Of a stretch of 64,000 bases of DNA, positions 1 to 9,788 are shown piece by piece. Numbering within the stretch: position 1 is the stretch's first letter; every line of letters starts with the position of its first letter. The translations under genes and the position numbers were made by a program. Source of the DNA: a virus (Duplodnaviria > Caudoviricetes); the IMG/VR virus record IMGVR_UViG_3300031994_004484, one strand, 5' to 3'. The notes beneath the pieces were generated by a model. That model made no database searches. It worked only from the letters and a program-made list of their open reading frames with translations, and was not told the origin of the DNA.

Positions 1-879
1 GACGTATGTTTCGTACAGCATGTATTACGCCCTTCTGTCGTCTGACGAAAGGCAGACGGCGGTTCTCGGAGAGTTTGCCGATTTCATTGACGTCGAAGGG
101 TATAAAAACTTGGTTAGAGTTCCGGCTTCTTCTGAAGGCGTTCCGACTGTCACGATAAACATCCCAACGGATTGCTATTTGTATGTGACGGGCAAGGTTC
201 CGAACACAAACAACGATATCACCCCATCCTCGTGTGAGAAACTGGTTTATGGGGGTGTTACCTTTGAAACCGGAGAGAATGTTGGTGAGGTTGGCATAAT
301 AAACGACACAGTTACCGGCGGAGAGCACGACGTGCTCAGCGCCGAACAGGGAAAAGTGTTGGATGCTAAAATAGAAACCGTTGACAGCGAACTGAACGGT
401 AGGATCGACGAGATTGTGGAAAGCCTTAGCACATATGAGCCTATGAACTTCTTCGATTCCGAACATATGGTTCATGACAATCTTGTGATAGGGAGTAGTG
501 GACCATCAGTTAATGACAAATGGGGAAATACAAGCACGCAGGCAGTAGGATACTCGTACATTTCGGACAAGCTTAAGGCGGGAGACACGGTGAAACTGAC
601 GGCGAAACCCAGAAGTGACCACGAGACGTATGTTTCGTACAGCATGTATTACGCCCTTCTGTCGTCTGACGAAAGACAGACGGCGGTTCTCGGGGAGTTT
701 GCCGATTTCATTGACGTCGAAGGGTATAAAAACTTGGTTAAGGTTGGGCCTTCTTCTGAAGGTGTTCCGACTGTCACGATAAGCATCCCGACGGATTGCT
801 ATTTGTATGTGACGGGCAAGGTTCCGAATACAGGCAACGATATCACCCCCTCCTCGTGTGAGAAACTGGTTTACGGGGG
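1..879 (+). repeat. Near-identical intragenic direct repeat, 1-255 vs 625-879 (offset 624 nt, 208 codons)
   Basis: GACGTATGTTTCGTACAGCATG...ACTGGTTTA(T/C)GGGGG occurs twice with few substitutions. Confidence 0.95.
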
Positions 880-2908
880 AATTAGTTTTAAAGTACCCGA
901 AAGGGTTATATACCCAAAACTAATGTATGAGACAATAGATGAGTCTAGCGGTATTTTTGCTCCCGTTTCTTTCTACAAAAAACAAGAATTATCCACGCCT
1001 AGGTATATCAAAGTTCCATCCGATTATAAAATAACGTTTTCCGTAAATTATACTTGTAACGGATTTATTTCTTTTTATGACAAAAACTACATACACTTAG
1101 GATCGGATAATATTTCGTTAAATAACGAAACGGATTTAGAATATACTATAACCAATAAAACTTGTGAATACATAAAGATATCCTTATTTAATAATAAACC
1201 TATTAATGTTGATGCGATTGATAATGATATTCCTTTGGTTAAGTTGAGCTTATCCGGTAAATTTAATGATAAATGGGATATTTTTAACGCGTTACCTGTA
1301 GAACAGACGATAAATGAAGATATTCCTATTAAACCCGATAAAAATATATATCTGGGGTTTATAGATCATTTAACAAATAAGTGGTCATATGATGACGGTT
1401 CTTACGATAAAGATCCCATAAACTCATTTTTTTCACCATTACTTAAAACCGGGGATATTATCAGAATAAAACCAAAAACGAATAAAGCCTGTTATTACGC
1501 TTTTCTTAAAACCAATTCAAATGGAAATGAAGGAGATGTTCCGGATTTTATAAACACAAGTGGGTATAATAATATAAAAATTCAACAATATAACGGAACC
1601 GGTGATAGTCAATATAACATAACCGTGCCAGAAGATTGTTATCTTTATGTTACTGTAAAAGAGGCGAATGATCCGACTGTAATTCCGCCTAGATATTGCA
1701 ATATGGTTGTTAAAGGGAATTATAGGCCCCAAAAAATTGCTGTTATGGTGAACGTTACTAATCCAGATTGCTGTGATGGGCAGAATTACACTTCGCAAGA
1801 CAATGAAGTGCTTTATGACGATTACGGTATTGTTGCGCTGCCTGATACATATAGTAACGACGGAGAGGCGACTAGGTTGATAATCTATTGTCATGGCGGC
1901 GCTGTTTCTTATAATACTTCTTCGGTGAAATTTGATAAAACTGACGTTGAACCACATTATTGGCTTTCTGAAGGATATGCTATTATGGATGTTGATGGCA
2001 ATCCGTTTGGGACCGAATCCCATTTTAATATCCCTCAAGCTATGGATTGTTATGTTTCTGGGTATAAATGGGTAATTGAACATTACAATATAAAAAGGGA
2101 TGGCGTGTTTTTAGGAGGCCGTTCCATGGGTGGTGGAACGACTATAAATCTTTTGAGGGGACAATGCCCGATTCCTGTTATAGCAGCTTGCGCAAACGCA
2201 CCACATGGGATGTGTATAGGGGGTTCAATTCCGGACGGAACAAACGCTGATAGACAGGAATTTTATTGTACCCATTGTGGATTTTATATTCCTGAGAATT
2301 TTGATTGGAGTAACACTACAAATCCGTATTGGAAAGAAGGGACTTCAACCGATACTGAAGGAAGCAAGAGAAAATTATTATATGACAATTGGGATAAGTT
2401 GTTGAAGAATGTACCGATATTCTCATTATGCACAGATTTACCGATAAAATGCACGGATGAATACGAGGTGAATGATAATCCCAACATAAACAACGAATCT
2501 AAAAATTTAATAAATAACTTCTTTGTGGGTAGCCAGGAACATCCAAGCGACAGAGTGAAAATTTGGAGTAAGTTTCATGCAATGGCGAAATGCCCGGTTA
2601 AATTCTTTGGTTCATTTGAGGATTTAAGTTGCCCTCCGAAAGACACCTCTTTATTATATCATAAAATGTTAACTAATTCCGCACAAATCACTGAAGTAAG
2701 GAGTTATCCTGAAACAAATTGGGGCGAAACACATGCAGATTACGAAGGGCATCATTATGATGTAGAAAACGGTTATTTTAGAGAGGATACTACGAATATT
2801 TATAACGATATAGTCAAAAATGTTCCATCAGTTTACATTGAAATGTTGGAATTTTGGAGAAGATATGAACAAGACACATCATATTCCGCAAGATATCCAA
2901 CAACATAA
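20..2908 (+). CDS. Multidomain, probably virion-associated protein: repeated N-terminal modules plus C-terminal alpha/beta-hydrolase (esterase-like); 5'-truncated by the window edge
   Basis: Frame is open back to base 2; duplicated module; IIYCHGG and GRSMGG (GxSxG nucleophile elbow) motifs. Confidence 0.7.
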   Translation: MYYALLSSDERQTAVLGEFADFIDVEGYKNLVRVPASSEGVPTVTINIPTDCYLYVTGKVPNTNNDITPSSCEKLVYGGVTFETGENVGEVGIINDTVTGGEHDVLSAEQGKVLDAKIETVDSELNGRIDEIVESLSTYEPMNFFDSEHMVHDNLVIGSSGPSVNDKWGNTSTQAVGYSYISDKLKAGDTVKLTAKPRSDHETYVSYSMYYALLSSDERQTAVLGEFADFIDVEGYKNLVKVGPSSEGVPTVTISIPTDCYLYVTGKVPNTGNDITPSSCEKLVYGGISFKVPERVIYPKLMYETIDESSGIFAPVSFYKKQELSTPRYIKVPSDYKITFSVNYTCNGFISFYDKNYIHLGSDNISLNNETDLEYTITNKTCEYIKISLFNNKPINVDAIDNDIPLVKLSLSGKFNDKWDIFNALPVEQTINEDIPIKPDKNIYLGFIDHLTNKWSYDDGSYDKDPINSFFSPLLKTGDIIRIKPKTNKACYYAFLKTNSNGNEGDVPDFINTSGYNNIKIQQYNGTGDSQYNITVPEDCYLYVTVKEANDPTVIPPRYCNMVVKGNYRPQKIAVMVNVTNPDCCDGQNYTSQDNEVLYDDYGIVALPDTYSNDGEATRLIIYCHGGAVSYNTSSVKFDKTDVEPHYWLSEGYAIMDVDGNPFGTESHFNIPQAMDCYVSGYKWVIEHYNIKRDGVFLGGRSMGGGTTINLLRGQCPIPVIAACANAPHGMCIGGSIPDGTNADRQEFYCTHCGFYIPENFDWSNTTNPYWKEGTSTDTEGSKRKLLYDNWDKLLKNVPIFSLCTDLPIKCTDEYEVNDNPNINNESKNLINNFFVGSQEHPSDRVKIWSKFHAMAKCPVKFFGSFEDLSCPPKDTSLLYHKMLTNSAQITEVRSYPETNWGETHADYEGHHYDVENGYFREDTTNIYNDIVKNVPSVYIEMLEFWRRYEQDTSYSARYPTT

Positions 2909-2943
2909 TCACAACAACAAGGATGATAAAAAAAAACTTACTT

Positions 2944-2972
2944 AACGCGGTCGTAAACGGCTGCGTTTTTTT
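2944..2972 (+). terminator. Intrinsic terminator
   Basis: AACGCGGTCG-TAAA-CGGCTGCGTT followed by T-run. Confidence 0.8.
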
Positions 2973-3016
2973 ATGGCACCTATTTATTTTATAAAAAAAT
3001 ATTATATCAAAAGTTT

Positions 3017-4228
3017 ATGTCGGAAATTATAACATATTTCAAGAAAACTGGTTATGAAGGTGATGTGACCAAAAATTGCTCGTTAAACGGTATTGAAATA
3101 GATACTAATTTTCTTACATTGGAAGGTCGTGATGTAAAATCGGTTAAAGCTGACGGAAACAAGCTTGTAATAACATTTTATAACGGTGATACTGAAATTT
3201 GTGACATAGACTCGGTAGTAAGCGACGTTAGTGTTGGAAACGGAATCGACATTCAAGAGTTTAACACAAACAAAATAATAACGACAAATGCCGGCTTAAT
3301 AAAGACCACACAGCCTTTGGTGGTATCTGGAGAACCAATAGGTTCTTATAAGCCTGGTGATGTCATACCCGCAAACACGTCTGTTGAAAATATATTGAGA
3401 AACCTGTTGGTTAAAATTTTCGATCCGTCAACTATTTTGCCTTCAGCCGTACTTTCTGTTAAGGCAGGTGGCTCAAGTCTTAAAGAGACATATGAAGTCG
3501 GTTCTGTTTTGGGGAGTTGTTTGTTAAGTGTTTCGTGGACTGACGGTAGATTTGTAGGAAATGAATCATGGTCTTATCCAGAACCTAGTAATGCTCAGTG
3601 TAATCACATATATACCAGTTATTTTAAAACTAACGGTTCGTTCATACAAAACTCAGAAGGTGTGTCTGGGATAACATACAATATGTCTGACTCGCTTTCC
3701 GAGGGGGAATTTTATTTTTCATCAAAAACATATTACTCTCAATCACAACGTCAGGCAAAGAGAAGTGACGGTACAAATTCAAATGTGTACATTGAATCGG
3801 GTGCGACTGACATGTCATATGTTAGATACAACTCCCAATACAAATATTTTTACGGTTATATACCTTGTAGTTACAATTCGGTATATGAGGATATTATTCC
3901 TAATGCAAGCGTATTAAGGTCGATGAATCTTAACACCGGATATTGTACTGTAAACGGGTTGACAACAATACCTGAAATGCAGTCTTCTATAAACAATAGT
4001 TCTTTGGTCTTAGTATTACCTTCGAAATACAATGTGATACGGAGAACTGAAAACTCAATGGGGAGCCCTGTTGATGTTAGCACTAAATGGAAAGAACAAA
4101 CACATAACGGGAATCCGAAACGTATAACAGATTATCAGGTTGGTAATACTACAACAACATATTATGTTTATATATTAAACTCTTTTGAACCTATATTGTA
4201 TAAAAATATAATTTTCGGAATCGAATAG
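3017..4228 (+). CDS. Putative fibre/virion structural protein
   Basis: N-terminal LxxxEIDxNF motif typical of phage fibres; TATTTAT upstream; fibre cluster context. Confidence 0.55.
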   Translation: MSEIITYFKKTGYEGDVTKNCSLNGIEIDTNFLTLEGRDVKSVKADGNKLVITFYNGDTEICDIDSVVSDVSVGNGIDIQEFNTNKIITTNAGLIKTTQPLVVSGEPIGSYKPGDVIPANTSVENILRNLLVKIFDPSTILPSAVLSVKAGGSSLKETYEVGSVLGSCLLSVSWTDGRFVGNESWSYPEPSNAQCNHIYTSYFKTNGSFIQNSEGVSGITYNMSDSLSEGEFYFSSKTYYSQSQRQAKRSDGTNSNVYIESGATDMSYVRYNSQYKYFYGYIPCSYNSVYEDIIPNASVLRSMNLNTGYCTVNGLTTIPEMQSSINNSSLVLVLPSKYNVIRRTENSMGSPVDVSTKWKEQTHNGNPKRITDYQVGNTTTTYYVYILNSFEPILYKNIIFGIE

Positions 4229-4234
4229 GATTGT

Positions 4235-5404
4235 ATGGCAGAATATAACGAATATCAGACAAATCAGCAATCGAACATAAATTGGGGTGAGACTTTTAAA
4301 ATGGCTGTCAAAGCCCCTGCTGTTGCTGACAGGATTTTTGAAACATATGATGATGCCGAATCCTATGTAAATGATATTTCAAGTTCCGCCGTTGCCGGTA
4401 TAAACCTGACAGTGATAAATGATGATGACGGAACAAAAAACGGAATATACTACGTAAACAACACATATGACGAACAGGGTAATGTAGTTTTGGATGAACA
4501 CGGTCTGCCCGTTTTGTTGCTTTACAAGCAGAATCCAGAACAGCCTGATTGGGATGAAACCGACGAACAGTCTTTGTCATATATAAAGAATAAACCGTAT
4601 ATACCTGATTTTGGGGATATACGAACAATAAACCATGAAGAAATATTGGGCGATGGTACCAATATTAACATTAATGACGGTTATTGTTTCCCGAATTCAG
4701 TACAAGATTATGACGGTAATTGGTATTCGGCTGTTGTGATAGGTGATCAGGTTTGGTTGTGTGATAATATTAGGGCAACACACACAATTAGTGGTGATGC
4801 TATTTTAGATGGTGAATTGAATTCAAGCATTGCGGGCCCACATAAATACGACAACACATCTTCACAAATACCTTTTATGAGGCGCGGATATCTTTATGAT
4901 TTCACGGCAACACAAGAACAGATCCTCCCTTCGGATTGGAGGGTTCCTACGGATTCGGATTTCAATAACCTTAAAAATTATTTGAAGAAACAAAAACGCT
5001 TTATTGCAGGAGGTAATACAAACAATATTGCCAAGTCACTTGCTTACACGGATTACTGGGATTTTTCAGATGTTTCAAATTCTATAGGTGATGAAATTCA
5101 AAAAAATGGTTATTCTGGGTTTTTATCAGTTCCTGTTGGTAATTTTTACAACGGAATTTTCGACGGGGAAGGTCGTAATTCGGATTTTTGGAGTTCGAGT
5201 TCGGTAGATTCTGCCAACGCATATTATATGAGGCTTGAATATAGTTCGCCGGAGATGTTTATTTGGCAGGGTGACAAAACATATGGAAGAACAATAAGGT
5301 GTGTCAGTGTTATGGATCCTGTAAGTTTCAGGGTTTGGTATGTGGAAAAATATGGATGCATGCAAAATCTTATATCCGATTATGGGGAATACACAATAAG
5401 TTAA
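4235..5404 (+). CDS. Fibre-associated protein with C-terminal Fibrobacter succinogenes major paralogous (Fib_succ_major/FISUMP) domain
   Basis: DYDGNWYSAVVIGDQVW, GYLY, WRVPTDSDF, FWSSS, IRCV motifs; QPDW...YIKNKP fibre repeat. Confidence 0.85.
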   Translation: MAEYNEYQTNQQSNINWGETFKMAVKAPAVADRIFETYDDAESYVNDISSSAVAGINLTVINDDDGTKNGIYYVNNTYDEQGNVVLDEHGLPVLLLYKQNPEQPDWDETDEQSLSYIKNKPYIPDFGDIRTINHEEILGDGTNININDGYCFPNSVQDYDGNWYSAVVIGDQVWLCDNIRATHTISGDAILDGELNSSIAGPHKYDNTSSQIPFMRRGYLYDFTATQEQILPSDWRVPTDSDFNNLKNYLKKQKRFIAGGNTNNIAKSLAYTDYWDFSDVSNSIGDEIQKNGYSGFLSVPVGNFYNGIFDGEGRNSDFWSSSSVDSANAYYMRLEYSSPEMFIWQGDKTYGRTIRCVSVMDPVSFRVWYVEKYGCMQNLISDYGEYTIS

Positions 5405-5417
5405 TATCTATTGGGAA

Positions 5418-6233
5418 ATGGAGGAGCAAATTTTACAGATATATAGGAGTAATAATGTTTGGTTAACGAAAAATATGGCAAAGGCGATTGTTGAAAAAAA
5501 CATAAAGCGTTTGCACCCGAATAATATTGGTACATCAGCGAAGGACGGTGAGCCTATCGTGGCGCGATATTATACGGAGGCTGACGGGTACACTTTTTCA
5601 TATTCATCACAACCATTGAACTCGGACCCGTACACTACACAGCATTCGGCTGACCATATGTGGGTTGATGGCTTTGACAGTTTCTCACAGAAACCCTCTT
5701 CGGCAAATTATAACAGCGCATATTATATCAGAGTCAGAAGCACTACTTCGTGGTTTTATTATGTTTTGGAACCGTATCCCTTGTCACCTCCGCAGTTGTC
5801 CGATAATGTTAAGATAGCCTCTGTTACAGGAATAGTTTTTAACAAGGATGTTGATATATCCGGAACAATTGAAAACAGGACTTATGTCGAATGGGTTGAT
5901 AATGATTTTAAGTCAGAACTTGAGCGTGTTTCTGTCAACCAAAAAAAGTTTGTGTACAACCCTTCTTCAGGCATGATAGAGCTTCTGGTGACTGGAAATG
6001 ATATTCCGTTGGCCGATGATTCTTCAGAAATAAAAACAGTTTGTGAAATTAACCATATCCCTGACATAGGGGATGAGCCAGGGTTTTATGCCTTTAACGG
6101 TAATATTTATATATGGGACGGAACGTCATCTGCTTTATGGAATCTTGATGACAACACTAAAGTTACAGATGCAATATCCGTGCTGAATCATTTGTCATAC
6201 AATATTGATATGGGAAAATATAAGCTAGTTTGA
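5418..6233 (+). CDS. Putative fibre protein, N-terminus paralogous to next gene
   Basis: DGEPIVARY vs DGEPIEARY in 6279 ORF; C-terminal DMGKY. Confidence 0.55.
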   Translation: MEEQILQIYRSNNVWLTKNMAKAIVEKNIKRLHPNNIGTSAKDGEPIVARYYTEADGYTFSYSSQPLNSDPYTTQHSADHMWVDGFDSFSQKPSSANYNSAYYIRVRSTTSWFYYVLEPYPLSPPQLSDNVKIASVTGIVFNKDVDISGTIENRTYVEWVDNDFKSELERVSVNQKKFVYNPSSGMIELLVTGNDIPLADDSSEIKTVCEINHIPDIGDEPGFYAFNGNIYIWDGTSSALWNLDDNTKVTDAISVLNHLSYNIDMGKYKLV

Positions 6234-6278
6234 AACAAACAAAAAAAAATAAAAAGAAAAAAAAAATAGAATAATATT

Positions 6279-7913
6279 ATGGCAGACCCTATTATCCCGT
6301 CAACAAGGCGGTTCGCGAGAATTCTTAGGAACTCTAAGCTATACAATAGCAAACAAGATGCTATAGCGCAATTTAGTAAAATTAATAATAACAGTGCTTT
6401 AGGTACACTTTATGATGGTGAACCTATAGAAGCCAGATATGCTGTAAAATACGTAATATCAAGCGGTGCCGCAACCGAAGGTACTGTAAGCTCTCTCACG
6501 GGTGTTTCTTTCAATAACATAGAGATATTGACAAGCCCTACCCTTGGGGCTGATTATCCGGCAAATACGGTATTTCTCATACCTTCGGGTGCCGGTACTT
6601 ATAGTGCATACACATCTGCAAACCCGCAGTCAGGACAAGATGTTACAACTTATTCACATCCGAGTGATGGTGACATTTACGGAATAAGAACGTTGTTCGG
6701 TGTCGTATCAGTGTATGATGATACTAACCTTAAGGTTGTCTTTATCGACCAACAGGCCTCATCAAGCGGTGGTGGAGGTGGGATGCCCATAACACATTCA
6801 GATAAAACCATAAACGTTATTGATACTGGAACAGCTTACGACGTTTCCGCTAATATAGACAATTTGACAATAAAGAAAAACGGCTCGACAGGTGTTATGT
6901 CTGTAAATATTGACAGCAACACATTGATAAGAGACAATTCAACCGGTGTTATATCGGTAGACCCGAAATATACAGGGATATATGGTGAAAATGCAATTGG
7001 TATAACAACACATCAAACAGGTGGAACGGATGATGGCCACACTGTAAGTTTGGTGATAAAATCAGGCGAAAAAATATTAAAACAGGATTCAAATGGAATA
7101 TATAGTTCACTTAACCTCGTAAAATACACTTCAAAAGATTATGACGGGACTACAGACCTTCCCTCAAATGTTTCGGCAAGATACAGACTGAAGAATGGGG
7201 ATACTGCAACCGCATCATCCAGCAATATAGGCGAACCGATAGATATCCCAACAGACCGTAACCTTTATAGTGTGTATCTTGGTCATGTTGACGACACACT
7301 TACTAGTTCAACGAATCCTACTGTTGTCCCCGGAACAGGTAATGCCGCTCTTTGTTTTATATACGAATTGAGTGACGGTACTTATACTATTGCAACGGTT
7401 GATATAGAGTCTTATCTGACTGAAAGTGAATTCAGTGACGGTTTGTCAGTCTCAAGCCATATTGTGAAAGCGAATCTTGGTGATGGTTTGAGTTTTGACT
7501 CTTCGTCGCCCAAAAAAATACAAGCTAATTTAGGGACTGGCTTACAGCTTGACTCTTCATCACCAAAGAAGATAGAACTCAAAAAAGCTGCTACCGCTGA
7601 AATAGGTGGTATACGTGTTGGGGCTGTTAAGGGCTCAGCTGTATCGGGGCTGTCCACCGCTGTTGAAAATGCAATAACCACGGATACGACACCGACGGCG
7701 TCGAATCAATACAGGCGTTATGCCGTTCTCAGCGATTCCAATGGTTTGGGTTATATTAATATCCCTTCAATTGGTCCGAATATTGTTGCGCAATATAGCA
7801 CAACAGCGTCCGGCGCATCTCCGTTAACAGGGCTTGACAATCTGATAGTTCTTGATAACAACGGTCAGTTGTCCGCATTAAACGTGTGGGATTGCGGAAC
7901 TTATAACAACTAA
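6279..7913 (+). CDS. Putative tail fibre protein
   Basis: S/T/G-rich; tandem ANLGxGL...SSSPKKI and NIDxxT repeats; C-terminal DCGTY. Confidence 0.65.
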   Translation: MADPIIPSTRRFARILRNSKLYNSKQDAIAQFSKINNNSALGTLYDGEPIEARYAVKYVISSGAATEGTVSSLTGVSFNNIEILTSPTLGADYPANTVFLIPSGAGTYSAYTSANPQSGQDVTTYSHPSDGDIYGIRTLFGVVSVYDDTNLKVVFIDQQASSSGGGGGMPITHSDKTINVIDTGTAYDVSANIDNLTIKKNGSTGVMSVNIDSNTLIRDNSTGVISVDPKYTGIYGENAIGITTHQTGGTDDGHTVSLVIKSGEKILKQDSNGIYSSLNLVKYTSKDYDGTTDLPSNVSARYRLKNGDTATASSSNIGEPIDIPTDRNLYSVYLGHVDDTLTSSTNPTVVPGTGNAALCFIYELSDGTYTIATVDIESYLTESEFSDGLSVSSHIVKANLGDGLSFDSSSPKKIQANLGTGLQLDSSSPKKIELKKAATAEIGGIRVGAVKGSAVSGLSTAVENAITTDTTPTASNQYRRYAVLSDSNGLGYINIPSIGPNIVAQYSTTASGASPLTGLDNLIVLDNNGQLSALNVWDCGTYNN

Positions 7914-7933
7914 GGTGTCATATTATAAAACGT

Positions 7934-7970
7934 AAAACGGTGTATGTTTTTTTCATATACCGTTTTTCTT
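7934..7970 (+). terminator. Intrinsic terminator
   Basis: AAAACGGTGTATG / CATATACCGTTTT inverted repeat plus T-run. Confidence 0.75.
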
Positions 7971-8029
7971 ATATTTATATGTTATGCTATCTATATAGTT
8001 TTTTAATATAATCCATATTATAATGTAAA

Positions 8030-9787
8030 ATGGCAAGAAAACATACACAGTTAGCCAAAAGCAGGCTATTGCAGTATACAGAGATACAAAGTACCGAAAT
8101 ACCGTTAGGGCAAACCGTTTATCAGGTTTCATCACTACCGGGAAGCGTTGATTTGGCAAAAGAGTTTATTTTCGTAACAGGAGCAAACAAATATTATAGG
8201 ATAACACCAAAAGAGCCACTTCAATACGCGAGCGGAACTGTTGAATCGGGTATCCTTATGGGTGAACCTGCGGTTAATGTTGCGTCAGGATACGAAGCTA
8301 TATTTCTACACGCATATTCGCCTTCAGATTCAACTACCGTAAATAATGGTCTGAGTGTGTACAAACCTGTCACTGATAATATAGAACTTAACACTGGTAG
8401 CATGTATGCAACAACTGCTCAGGCTGTAAATAATTTTGTATTACCTAAGTATGATGATACAACATATACAACATCCACCCCGTCAATAACCGTTTATGAA
8501 AATACTGTTTACCGTTGTACAGGCGCCAAAATCACTTCGCTTACACTTAATATATCAAACATGGTGACCGGACCTAAAACAAGGGAGTCCATTATTTATT
8601 TTCACACAGGAACAACGCCATCGCTTACGATAACAGGCAAAAACAATACACTTGTTTTTGGTGATCAAAATTTAATCTCCGACAAAGATTATAAGGTGTT
8701 AATAAAAGACAATTGTGTAACTATAATTCCGTTTGTTAGTAATTTGCCAGAAGTTGCGATATCAGGTGATTACACAGATTTGACGAATAAACCTTCACTA
8801 AATACAACATTAGAAAATTCTTTGCAAACAAACGAGAATGAAATTTTAACCGGTGTTATTAATTTACATAAAGTTTCAAAAACAGGAAATTACTCGGATT
8901 TAAGTAACACGCCTTCAATAAACGATGCAACACTGACTGTTCAAAAAAACGGTACGACGATAGATTCTTTTTCAGCAAATGCCTCACAAAACAAAACCAT
9001 AAACATAACAGTGCCGACAACAGCGTCAGATGTTGGCGCGTTGCCTTCAAGCACAAAATACGGCGCATTTTTGTCATTGTCAATTGACAGCAGCACTTAC
9101 GTGGTTACGGCGCAGCTCAAAGACCAAGACGGCAACAACCTCGGCAGTGCTGGAACGATAGACTTGCCGTTGGAAAGTGTTGTTGTCAGCGGCTCTTACA
9201 ATGCGCAGACGAAGAAAGTTATCCTGACCTTACAGAACGGGAGCACGATAGAGTTTTCCGTTGCCGATTTGGTTGCAGGCTTGCAGAGCGAGATAACGGC
9301 GCAGAATCCTTTGAGTGCCGATTTGGTGACAGACGGGACGACAAACAAGGTTTTAACAGCGGCTGAAAAGACCAAACTTGCGGGCATAGAGGCGGGCGCG
9401 GAAGTCAATGTTCAGAGCGACTGGAATCAAAGTGACAATACGGCGGACGATTTCATCAAAAACAAACCAACAATACCTACTAAATTAGACGATTTAGAAG
9501 ATGTGTTTGTTGATAACTTTGAAGATTATGACGTGTTGGTTTATAGCGAGCTACACCGATGCTGGGAAAACGGAGCGTTAAACACCGTTGCGTTTACTGG
9601 AAATTACAATCAACTGAACAACAAACCGAATTTGGCAAATGTAGCCACGAGCGGTGACTATGACGACTTGACCAACAAGCCAACTATTCCGGCCGCGCAA
9701 GTGAACGCCGACTGGAACGCGACAAGCGGTGCGGCGGAAATCTTGAACAAGCCCACTTTGACAACCGTTACATTCAGATATTGGTAA
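8030..9787 (+). CDS. Tail/head fibre protein
   Basis: Multiple SGDYxDLTNKP and QSDWNQ...FIKNKP repeats, EKTKLAGIEAGAEVNVQ; LMGEPAVN N-terminal motif. Confidence 0.75.
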   Translation: MARKHTQLAKSRLLQYTEIQSTEIPLGQTVYQVSSLPGSVDLAKEFIFVTGANKYYRITPKEPLQYASGTVESGILMGEPAVNVASGYEAIFLHAYSPSDSTTVNNGLSVYKPVTDNIELNTGSMYATTAQAVNNFVLPKYDDTTYTTSTPSITVYENTVYRCTGAKITSLTLNISNMVTGPKTRESIIYFHTGTTPSLTITGKNNTLVFGDQNLISDKDYKVLIKDNCVTIIPFVSNLPEVAISGDYTDLTNKPSLNTTLENSLQTNENEILTGVINLHKVSKTGNYSDLSNTPSINDATLTVQKNGTTIDSFSANASQNKTINITVPTTASDVGALPSSTKYGAFLSLSIDSSTYVVTAQLKDQDGNNLGSAGTIDLPLESVVVSGSYNAQTKKVILTLQNGSTIEFSVADLVAGLQSEITAQNPLSADLVTDGTTNKVLTAAEKTKLAGIEAGAEVNVQSDWNQSDNTADDFIKNKPTIPTKLDDLEDVFVDNFEDYDVLVYSELHRCWENGALNTVAFTGNYNQLNNKPNLANVATSGDYDDLTNKPTIPAAQVNADWNATSGAAEILNKPTLTTVTFRYW

Positions 9788-9788
9788 T

